64,000 nucleotides of DNA from an uncultured Lachnospiraceae bacterium. GTDB taxonomy: Bacteria > Bacillota > Clostridia > Oscillospirales > CAG-272. Of this stretch, positions 26,715 through 34,459 are shown one piece after another. The DNA is taken from the NCBI GenBank assembly GCA_964521785.1, contig CAZFTE010000005.1, positions 1,364 to 65,363 on the forward strand, written 5' to 3'. The stretch's first letter is position 1. The number at the start of each line of letters is the position of its first letter. A program made the position numbers and the translations under genes. A model generated the notes under the pieces. That model searched no databases and was not told the origin of the DNA. It saw only the letters and a list, made by a program, of their open reading frames with translations.

Positions 26715-27874
26715 AAAGATCTTTTCAAAGCGTTATCGTGCTGACAGTAATATGCATCGTCATCTCCGCGCTTTTGGCGGCGGTAAACGCGATCACATTT
26801 CCGATAATAGAAAAAGCGGAAGCGCAAAAAGCGAACGAAGCTCTCTTGATAGTAATGCCGAACGGCAAAAGCTTTGAGGAGCTTTCGATGATAGAATACG
26901 ATCTTCCATCCTCCGTTACAAACGCATACCGCGCAGAAAACGGCGGATATGTTTTCAAAATGACCACTACGGGATATTCATCCGGGCTTGTCATAATGTG
27001 CGGCATCGATAATAACGGAAAAATAACAGGCGCCGTCTGTCTTGACAGCGGAGAAACATTGAGGCATGAAAAAACGTTCGGCGAAAGATTCATCGGGCTT
27101 GACAAAGACGGTGCCGACATCGTGGATACCATATCGGGTGCAACAAAGACGACTTCGGCTTATAAAAACGCGATAAAAGACGCATTCAATTCATTCATCA
27201 TCTTAAAAGGCGGCAGTGTTGATATTCGAACAGAAGACGAGATCCTTGCGGACGAGCTTTCTGTTGCTCTACCAAACGGCGAAAATTTCAAAAAAGAATT
27301 TATCATCGATGTTTTGGATGGTATCGACGCGATATATCTCGCCCAAAACGGCGAGGGATATGTTTTCTCGGTCAACGGAAGCTTTGTCGGAATAGATAAA
27401 AACGGAGATATCGTCGGCAAGGTCGATAGCCTCGCCGAACGCAAAGCGCTCGATGCTTACGCGATATACAAAAACAGTTCTCTTGATGAATTGGACATAT
27501 CCGTTTACGACGATATCTCGGACAAGATAACAAAAGCTTATAAAACAAGCGGCGGAAATTATGTATTTTCTCTCAGGGCTTCGGGATACGGAATAAACGG
27601 CGAATGGCAAGCCTCGGGCGAATATATCGTTATCGATATCTCGATAACGAGCGGCGGCAAAATAATCTCGTGCGTTACAAGAGAGCAACACGAAACAGAA
27701 GGCATCGGCTCCGTTTGCGCTTTGCCGTCATATTACGAAAGATATAACGGCAAAACATCGCAAACGCTCGATGAAGTAGACGCAATAAGCGGCGCGACAT
27801 TCACCCATAACGGTTACCGCGTTGCAGTCCTCAAGGCTTTGGAAGCCGTAGATATATTGGAGGGAGCAAAATAA
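26711..27874 (+). CDS. rnfG: Rnf complex subunit G, elongated, with two FMN-binding domains
   Basis: 387 aa with an N-terminal TM anchor. Two DxISGAT motifs (S142-T145 at 27134-27145; S360-T363 at 27788-27799). Three GG/EG/GN-YVF repeat starts. Confidence 0.85.
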   Translation: MKRSFQSVIVLTVICIVISALLAAVNAITFPIIEKAEAQKANEALLIVMPNGKSFEELSMIEYDLPSSVTNAYRAENGGYVFKMTTTGYSSGLVIMCGIDNNGKITGAVCLDSGETLRHEKTFGERFIGLDKDGADIVDTISGATKTTSAYKNAIKDAFNSFIILKGGSVDIRTEDEILADELSVALPNGENFKKEFIIDVLDGIDAIYLAQNGEGYVFSVNGSFVGIDKNGDIVGKVDSLAERKALDAYAIYKNSSLDELDISVYDDISDKITKAYKTSGGNYVFSLRASGYGINGEWQASGEYIVIDISITSGGKIISCVTREQHETEGIGSVCALPSYYERYNGKTSQTLDEVDAISGATFTHNGYRVAVLKALEAVDILEGAK

Positions 27875-27876
27875 AA

Positions 27877-28566
27877 ATGAAAAATACAAATAAACTTTCC
27901 TTTCTTCTCAAAGGCTTGCTCCTTGAAAATCCCGTTTTCGTGCTTGTGTTGGGTACTTGCCCGACGCTTGCCACCACGACGAGCGTGATAGGAGCCGTAA
28001 GCATGGGGCTTGCCGCGACCGCGGTGTTGACATGCTCGAACACGGTCATATCATTGCTCCGCAAAGTGATACCCGATAAAGTGCGGATACCTTGCTATAT
28101 AGTTATCATCGCGGGGTTTGTAACTCTCGTTCAGATGCTCATGCACGCATATCTGCCCGAACTTTACGAGCTTCTCGGAATATACCTTGCGCTCATAACC
28201 GTAAATTGTATAATCCTCGGCAGAGCGGAGATGTTCGCAAGCAAAAACGATGTCGGCGCATCTGCCCTTGACGGTCTGGGAATGGGGCTTGGATTTACGC
28301 TCGCCCTCTTTCTCATGTCAACGATAAGAGAAATATTCGGCAACGGCTCTTTCGCAGGCATAGCCATACCGTTTTTGCAAAATTATAAGATAGAGTTTTT
28401 GGTAAGGTCCCCCGGCGGATTTCTCGTGTTCGGCATCTTGATAGCGATAGTGAACGCCGCCGCAAGAGGCAAAGCCCTAAAGAAAAAGGATTTCGGTTGC
28501 GAAGCTTGCCCGAGCGCGGGTATTTGCCATTCCAACTCTTGCACAGCGGAAAAGGAGGAAAAGTGA
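27877..28566 (+). CDS. rnfE: Rnf complex subunit E
   Basis: 229 aa, NqrD/RnfE family (NPVFVLVLGTCPTLA). Confidence 0.92.
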   Translation: MKNTNKLSFLLKGLLLENPVFVLVLGTCPTLATTTSVIGAVSMGLAATAVLTCSNTVISLLRKVIPDKVRIPCYIVIIAGFVTLVQMLMHAYLPELYELLGIYLALITVNCIILGRAEMFASKNDVGASALDGLGMGLGFTLALFLMSTIREIFGNGSFAGIAIPFLQNYKIEFLVRSPGGFLVFGILIAIVNAAARGKALKKKDFGCEACPSAGICHSNSCTAEKEEK

Positions 28567-28567
28567 T

Positions 28568-29167
28568 ATGGATACTTTCAAAAATTTGATGATCATACTC
28601 ATGTCCTCCGTGCTTGTCAACAACTATGTATTGAGCAGATTCTTGGGCATATGTCCCTTTTTGGGCGTTTCGAAAAAGCTCGATCAAGCAAGCGGTATGG
28701 GACTGTCCGTAATATTCGTAATGCTTTTGGCAACAGCGGCTACTTGGCCCATACAAAGATTCATTCTCGAACCGTTGAAACTTGAATTTTTGCAAACGAT
28801 AGTATTCATACTCGTTATAGCAGCCCTCGTTCAGTTTATAGAGATAGCTTTGAAAAAATATATACCCTCGTTGCACAAAAATCTCGGCGTATATCTTCCG
28901 CTTATAACGACAAACTGTGCTGTTCTCGGTGTTACCATAAACAACATCACGGACGGATACAGCTTTATCGAATCCATGGTAAGCTCGCTCGGTTGCGGTC
29001 TTGGATTTTTGCTTGCCATGGTGCTGTTCTCGGGCGTTCGCCAAAGGATAGAGGATTGCGATGCCCCCGAATGTTTCAAAGGGCTTCCGATAACGCTCAT
29101 TGCGGCATCGATAGTTTCGCTCGCTTTCTTCGGCTTTACGGGAATAGTCGATAACATTTTCGCATGA
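28568..29167 (+). CDS. rnfA: Rnf complex subunit A
   Basis: 199 aa, NqrE/RnfA family (LGICPFLGVS). Confidence 0.92.
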   Translation: MDTFKNLMIILMSSVLVNNYVLSRFLGICPFLGVSKKLDQASGMGLSVIFVMLLATAATWPIQRFILEPLKLEFLQTIVFILVIAALVQFIEIALKKYIPSLHKNLGVYLPLITTNCAVLGVTINNITDGYSFIESMVSSLGCGLGFLLAMVLFSGVRQRIEDCDAPECFKGLPITLIAASIVSLAFFGFTGIVDNIFA

Positions 29168-29185
29168 TTTCGGAGGTATTGATAT

Positions 29186-29989
29186 ATGTTTAATGCTATT
29201 ATTACAGCCGTGGCGGTCGTTGGCGCCATCGGTCTTATCTGCGGAATAATACTCGCGCTCGCTTCTCATTTCATGAGCGTGAAAACAGACGAGAGAATAT
29301 CCGATATCCGCGAATGTTTGCCGGGCGCAAACTGCGGCGCTTGCGGTTACACGGGTTGCGACGGATATGCAAAAGCGATAATAGAGGATAGCGCAAAAAC
29401 GAATCTCTGCGTTCCTGGCGCTTCCGATGTCGCGAAAAAAATATCGGATATGCTGGGCGTGGAAGCGGAAGCTGTGGAGAGATGCGTTGCGTTCGTTCAC
29501 TGCAACGGAAACTTCGACGCGGCAAAAAGCAAAGCCATCTACGACGGCATTAAAAGCTGCAAAGCGGAATGTCTTATATACGGCGGCTCCAAAGCTTGTG
29601 TTTTTGGTTGTGTCGGTTGCGGAGATTGCGCCTCCGTTTGCCCAAAAGGCGCCATATGCGTCGATGACGGAGTTGCTCGGATAAATCGTTCGCTCTGCAT
29701 CGGGTGCGGCATCTGCGTAAGATCTTGCCCAAAGGGGCTGATAACGCTCATTCCCGCAAAAGCGAAGGTTGCCGTGATGTGCAACAGCAAAGAAAAAGGG
29801 GCTTCGGTTCGCAAAGCTTGCACAAACGGCTGTATCGGTTGCAAAAAATGTGAAACGATATGTCCCCAAGACGCTATTCATGTTGAAAACAATCTTGCCG
29901 TGATAGATCATGACAAATGTGTAGGTTGCGGTCTTTGCGCCAAAAATTGTCCTATTCAATGTATAGTAAAGATACCGAAGAACTCTTGA
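29186..29989 (+). CDS. rnfB: Rnf complex subunit B (polyferredoxin)
   Basis: 267 aa with an N-terminal TM, CGACGYTGC, and several CxxCxxCxxxCP 4Fe-4S motifs. Confidence 0.92.
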   Translation: MFNAIITAVAVVGAIGLICGIILALASHFMSVKTDERISDIRECLPGANCGACGYTGCDGYAKAIIEDSAKTNLCVPGASDVAKKISDMLGVEAEAVERCVAFVHCNGNFDAAKSKAIYDGIKSCKAECLIYGGSKACVFGCVGCGDCASVCPKGAICVDDGVARINRSLCIGCGICVRSCPKGLITLIPAKAKVAVMCNSKEKGASVRKACTNGCIGCKKCETICPQDAIHVENNLAVIDHDKCVGCGLCAKNCPIQCIVKIPKNS

Positions 29990-29997
29990 AAAATTTT

Positions 29998-30029
29998 AAA
30001 ATAAGGCAGGATACATTCTGCCTTATTTT
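29998..30029 (+). terminator. hairpin/terminator between rnfB and the NusG-II gene
   Basis: 12-bp stem AAAATAAGGCAG/CTGCCTTATTTT, 8-nt loop. The U-run is part of the 3' arm. Confidence 0.55.
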
Positions 30030-30043
30030 AAACGGAGGGTACG

Positions 30044-30421
30044 ATGGAAAAGAAAAAAATCAAAAACGACATTATCCTCATCTCAGCGATATTGATATGC
30101 TTGTTTTCGGCGCTTGCCGTATTTTTGACGATACGCAGTGTCGGCGGCTATGCTGTCGTTATAAAAAACGGAGTTGAAACAGCACGCTATCCGCTCTTTA
30201 AAGATGCGGAGATAACGCTGACTTATCCCGAAAGCGATGCATACAATACCTTGAAGATAGAAAACGGCAAAGCGAGCATCATCTCCGCTTCCTGCGCGGA
30301 CGGAATATGCGTCGAGCATCGTGCGATAAGATACGACGGCGAAACGATAGTTTGTTTGCCGAACAAGCTCGTCATAAAGATAATATCCGAAAGCGAGGGC
30401 GCTGTGGACGCGATATCGTAA
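30044..30421 (+). CDS. NusG domain II-containing membrane-anchored protein
   Basis: 125 aa with an N-terminal TM and a beta-rich domain carrying ASCADGICVEH and IVCLPNKLVI, typical of this family. GGAGGG SD. Confidence 0.7.
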   Translation: MEKKKIKNDIILISAILICLFSALAVFLTIRSVGGYAVVIKNGVETARYPLFKDAEITLTYPESDAYNTLKIENGKASIISASCADGICVEHRAIRYDGETIVCLPNKLVIKIISESEGAVDAIS

Positions 30422-30422
30422 A

Positions 30423-30914
30423 ATGAAAACAAAAAAGCTTACTTTTTTGGCGCTTTGCGCTTGCATCGCGCTCATACTGTCATATATCGAATCTTTACTG
30501 CCACCGATATTTTCCGCCATACCCGGCATAAAAGTCGGATTGCCGAATATTATCATCATATTTGCCCTATATCGTTACGGTCTGTGCGCCGCGGGCGCTG
30601 TTTCGATGATACGAATATGCTTATCCGCGCTTCTTTTCGGCAATGTTTGGTCGCTGGTTTACAGCATATGCGGTGGCGCGTTGAGCCTATTTTTGATGTT
30701 TTTATTAAAGAAAACAGAACGATTTTCCTATGTCGGTATCAGCGTAGTCGGCGGCATCTCGCATAATTTGGGGCAAATCTTGCTTGCCATGGTAGCCCTT
30801 AAAACGCGCGAGATAGGCTTCTATATGATAGTTCTTTCGTTCAGCGGCATAATAGCGGGTATATTAGTGGGGCTTGCCTCGGCGCTCATGCTCAAATATG
30901 TAAAAAAGGTATAG
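30423..30914 (+). CDS. Gx transporter family protein (Hpre_diP_synt_I-like)
   Basis: 163 aa, 5 TM, with signature IESLLPPIFSAIPGIKVGLPNIIII. Start lies 1 nt after the upstream stop. Confidence 0.7.
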   Translation: MKTKKLTFLALCACIALILSYIESLLPPIFSAIPGIKVGLPNIIIIFALYRYGLCAAGAVSMIRICLSALLFGNVWSLVYSICGGALSLFLMFLLKKTERFSYVGISVVGGISHNLGQILLAMVALKTREIGFYMIVLSFSGIIAGILVGLASALMLKYVKKV

Positions 30915-30945
30915 AAAGCAAACGCTCTCTATACCTTTTTGTTTT
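30908..30945. terminator. bidirectional terminator between the Gx-transporter gene and apbE
   Basis: Stem GGTATAGA/TCTATACC followed by TTTTTGTTTT, with an A-run on the other side. Confidence 0.55.
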
Positions 30946-31966
30946 ATCTGTTCCAATCCGAGGAATATATCACGCTTTTGTCGTTTTTGACCCACAAAGC
31001 CTTTGTGCCGTCCAAAGAATCAATAAGCGCCATTCCGTCTTCTAGGCTCATACTGAAAAGAGCCGTGGAAAGCGCATCCGCAAGACCGGAATCCTCGCAA
31101 AGCACGGAAACGGAGAGAAATGTGTCATCCGGCATGAGCGTATCCTTGCTTATGATGTGATGATATCTTTTGCCGTCAACATAATAGAATCTTTGATACG
31201 AACCACTCGTAATGAGCGCGCCGCTCGTCATGTAAACATATTCGATATATTCTTCTCCATCATACGGAGCCTCCACTCCGACGGTCCAAGGAGTGCCGTC
31301 GCCGCGCGGACCTATCACGCAAACATTGCCGCCGACATTTATAATGTAACCGCTTTTGCCGATACCTTCAAGATATTCCACAATGCGCGCCGCGGCATAT
31401 CCTTTTGCTATCGCGCCAACATCAACGCTCATTTCTCCATCGGCAAGATAAGCCGTTCCGCGTTCGCGGTCTATGACGATATCGTTTATATCCGTATGTT
31501 TGGAAGCATTAGAAAGCACCTCCATCGATGGTATAGATGCCTTTTCGGGAGAGATAGAGCCTATATCTCTATGATCGTGCCATATCGAAAGCACGCTTCC
31601 CATCGCTATGTTTGTATAACCGGCGGTAATATCGTATATCTCTTTGCCGTATTCCAAAAGAGACAATATTTTTTCATCAAGCTCGATAGGTTCACGCGAA
31701 TTATTGAGCGTATAAAGATTATTCAAACCATCGTAAGGCGTATATATGTCATACAGTTTATGATATTCCTCCAAGAGAGCAAATATATCCTCGCAAACAG
31801 CGTCGAACTCCGCTTTTTCGCTCTCATATCCTATTATGACAGTAGATGTATCAAAATAGTCGAAGTTATACGCGCTGTATCTGTTCTTGCGCTTTTGGCA
31901 AGAACAGCACACGCACGATATAAGCAACGCCAAAGCAACGCATAATGTTTTTTTGAATATCTTCAT
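30944..31966 (-). CDS. apbE: FAD:protein FMN transferase (ApbE family lipoprotein)
   Basis: 340 aa with a signal peptide and Cys-rich lipobox region (ALLISCVCCSC). ApbE motifs VDVGAIAKGYAA and TSGSYQRFYYVDGKRYHHIISKDT. Confidence 0.9.
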   Translation of the reverse strand: MKIFKKTLCVALALLISCVCCSCQKRKNRYSAYNFDYFDTSTVIIGYESEKAEFDAVCEDIFALLEEYHKLYDIYTPYDGLNNLYTLNNSREPIELDEKILSLLEYGKEIYDITAGYTNIAMGSVLSIWHDHRDIGSISPEKASIPSMEVLSNASKHTDINDIVIDRERGTAYLADGEMSVDVGAIAKGYAAARIVEYLEGIGKSGYIINVGGNVCVIGPRGDGTPWTVGVEAPYDGEEYIEYVYMTSGALITSGSYQRFYYVDGKRYHHIISKDTLMPDDTFLSVSVLCEDSGLADALSTALFSMSLEDGMALIDSLDGTKALWVKNDKSVIYSSDWNR

Positions 31967-32029
31967 CTTTATCCCTCGCCATGTAAAATATGAGGAGAGA
32001 TATTCTCCTCATATTTTCGAATATTATAT

Positions 32030-33001
32030 CTATTTTTGTTCGATAGCTTTCATGATAGCCTTTGCCATGCCCGATATCTTAACGGTGCAACCTGCGTTCA
32101 ATATTTCTTCGCCGCCGTAACCGTCGGAAGAAACGAGCTTTTTTATCTCTTCGGCGGTCTTGCCTACGCAGAACTCCGCAAGCTTATCCGCTTGTTCGAA
32201 CCACTCAAGCTTAGAACCCGCTTTCTCCATGCCGTAATCATAGCCTTTTTCTCGTTTTGTCGATACCTTTTCGTCCGCGCTTACGGTGGAAGCTCCGTTT
32301 CTGTCGAATGTGAAATTCATCTCGGCACTGTCGAATATCGTAAAAACACATCTTCCGTCTTTATCAGTAACCGATGCGGCAACGTCTGCCGTTATTTTTC
32401 CGTAGCCGTCCGCTTCCTCGCTCGCACTTCTTCCGCTTTGATAAGCGTCCGTGCCGATAGTCAGAGCGTATTCTCCGTCGATATCGCATTTTTTTGCGTT
32501 ATCACAAGCTTTTTCTATCGCTTTTACCATGTCTGTCAAAACCATCGTACAGCCATGGCTTACAAGCTCCGCATTTCCGTAGCCGTCAGGCGTCAAAGTC
32601 GCCGTTATCTCGCCGTGAGTTTTTCCCTTGCAAAAGTTTTCGAATATTTTTATCTGTTCTGCCTGCGAGATATTGGAACCGACCGTTTTATCGTCGCTCT
32701 CTCTTTTTGTCGCTACGCTTTTGGTTCCGACAAGTTCCCCGCCCGCAGTATATTCTACGGTATCTTCCGCAACATCTATCTTTATATCGATGATATTTCC
32801 GTCTTTGCCGATAATAACAGCGGCAGCCGTCATATCGAAAATACCTTTTCCGTTCGTCTCCTCGATTGCGTCGAGAGCCGAATAAGACGGCACCACCCCA
32901 AGCCCAAGCTTAGTCTCCTCTTCGGCAGAGCCGCAAGCGGCAAGCGCAAACAAGCAAAAAGCCAAAGATAACGCAAATATCATCTTGAAAATTCTTTTCA
33001 T
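32030..33001 (-). CDS. lipoprotein with two FMN_bind-like repeats (PplA-like architecture, non-canonical G-C-T motifs)
   Basis: 323 aa with lipobox LAAC (C23). Two about 140-aa repeats, each ending with STKRE..GxxYG..(W)..Q..F..GKT...DGYG...L..GCT...MxKAI. G150-C151-T152 at 32554-32546 and G304-C305-T306 at 32092-32084. Confidence 0.6.
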   Translation of the reverse strand: MKRIFKMIFALSLAFCLFALAACGSAEEETKLGLGVVPSYSALDAIEETNGKGIFDMTAAAVIIGKDGNIIDIKIDVAEDTVEYTAGGELVGTKSVATKRESDDKTVGSNISQAEQIKIFENFCKGKTHGEITATLTPDGYGNAELVSHGCTMVLTDMVKAIEKACDNAKKCDIDGEYALTIGTDAYQSGRSASEEADGYGKITADVAASVTDKDGRCVFTIFDSAEMNFTFDRNGASTVSADEKVSTKREKGYDYGMEKAGSKLEWFEQADKLAEFCVGKTAEEIKKLVSSDGYGGEEILNAGCTVKISGMAKAIMKAIEQK

Positions 33002-33253
33002 ATATCAACTCCATAAAATATATCCAAAAATTTTCATACAAGAATAATACATTATTTTTCAACGAAAGTCAATATTTTTCCCGTATGAACGTTTACGCAC
33101 AGCGTAAAGTGCTTTTCAAGATATATTCTGCCCTTTCCGATATATTTTTATAAAATATTTTTTATATTTATGATGACAAATCGCTTTTAAAGTTGTATAA
33201 TAGGAAAGTCGTCAAAAAGACACACAATTTTTACAGGAAATACGGTGATACAT

Positions 33254-34396
33254 ATGAAAAAAACTGACAAAGTAAAGAGAGCTGTCTTCTCTTTCGTAAG
33301 ACAAAACACCGTTTTGATGATCGCAATATGCGCCGCCTTGATAACATCTTTCATCGTGCCACCCGACAAAGAATATTTGGGATATTTCGATTTCAAAACG
33401 CTCAGCTGTCTTTTTTCCGTTTTGGCGGTAGTGTGCGCGCTCCGCAACATACATTTCTTTACCATACTCGCGCGAAAGATAGTTAAACTTTGCAAAAACT
33501 CTCGTTTGTGCGTGTTGACGCTCGTCTATATAACGTTCATCGGCTCCATGCTGATAGCAAACGATATGGCGCTCATAACATTTTTGCCGCTCGGCTTTTT
33601 CGCGCTCGACAGCACGGGCAAGCAAAAATATCTTCCATTTACATTCATAATGCAGAACATCGCCGCCAACCTCGGCGGTATGCTCACACCTTTCGGAAAT
33701 CCCCAAAATCTTTATCTTTACAGTAAATTCAATATCCCCACGGGCGAATTTATGGAGATAATGCTGTTTCCTTTCATTCTCGCAATAGCGGTCATAACGA
33801 TATGCTGTTTCATTTTCGTAAAAAAAGAAGAGCTTTACATCGTTCCGAAGGAAGAAAAGCTCGATGTAAAAAGAGCGGTATTTTACGCTTTGCTTTTCGC
33901 TCTTTCAATACTTGCTGTTTTCAGAGTGATAAATTATATCGTGGCTCTCGCGATAATAACGGTCGCGCTCTTGATAGCCGATCGAAAAGCGCTTGCCAAA
34001 GTTGACTATGGTCTGCTCTTCACGTTCTGCGCGTTCTTCGTATTTGCGGGAAATATGTCTCGCATACCTGCGGTAAACTCACTGCTCTCTATGTTGCTCG
34101 AAAAGAACACTCTCGTTTTTTCGGCACTCTCTTGCCAGTGCATAAGCAACGTGCCTTCCGCTATACTCCTTTCCAACTTCACGGATAATTACCGCGACTT
34201 GTTGCTCGGCGTAAACATCGGCGGTGTCGGAACGCTCATTTCCTCGCTTGCTTCGCTCATCACGTTTAAGGAATATACGAACCTTTACCCCAAGAGCGCA
34301 GGAAACTATATTTTGAAATTTTCCGCTTTCAACTTCTTTTTCCTCATCTCGCTCTTACTGTTGCAGAGCTTGTTCAATGCATTGACGGTATTTTGA
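33254..34396 (+). CDS. ArsB/NhaD (CitMHS-like) superfamily ion transporter
   Basis: About 380-aa polytopic protein with permease-type repeats (NIAANLGGMLTPFGNPQN). The ORF-track start 33245 is GTG; ATG 33254 is preferred. Confidence 0.55.
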   Translation: MKKTDKVKRAVFSFVRQNTVLMIAICAALITSFIVPPDKEYLGYFDFKTLSCLFSVLAVVCALRNIHFFTILARKIVKLCKNSRLCVLTLVYITFIGSMLIANDMALITFLPLGFFALDSTGKQKYLPFTFIMQNIAANLGGMLTPFGNPQNLYLYSKFNIPTGEFMEIMLFPFILAIAVITICCFIFVKKEELYIVPKEEKLDVKRAVFYALLFALSILAVFRVINYIVALAIITVALLIADRKALAKVDYGLLFTFCAFFVFAGNMSRIPAVNSLLSMLLEKNTLVFSALSCQCISNVPSAILLSNFTDNYRDLLLGVNIGGVGTLISSLASLITFKEYTNLYPKSAGNYILKFSAFNFFFLISLLLLQSLFNALTVF

Positions 34397-34414
34397 TATT
34401 TTAAATAAAAAAAC

Positions 34415-34451
34415 AAAAAGGTTATCGAGATAAACTCGATAACCTTTTTTT
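34415..34451. terminator. bidirectional intrinsic terminator
   Basis: 11-bp stem AGGTTATCGAG/CTCGATAACCT flanked by an A-run and TTTTTT, between convergent genes. Confidence 0.8.
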
Positions 34452-34459
34452 AGTTTCGA

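Noticed and set aside
28313-29959. 548-aa ORF on the minus strand spanning rnfE, rnfA and rnfB.
   Set aside because: It crosses three well-supported plus-strand Rnf genes and their intergenic junctions, and its translation has no domain-like features. It is an antisense artefact.
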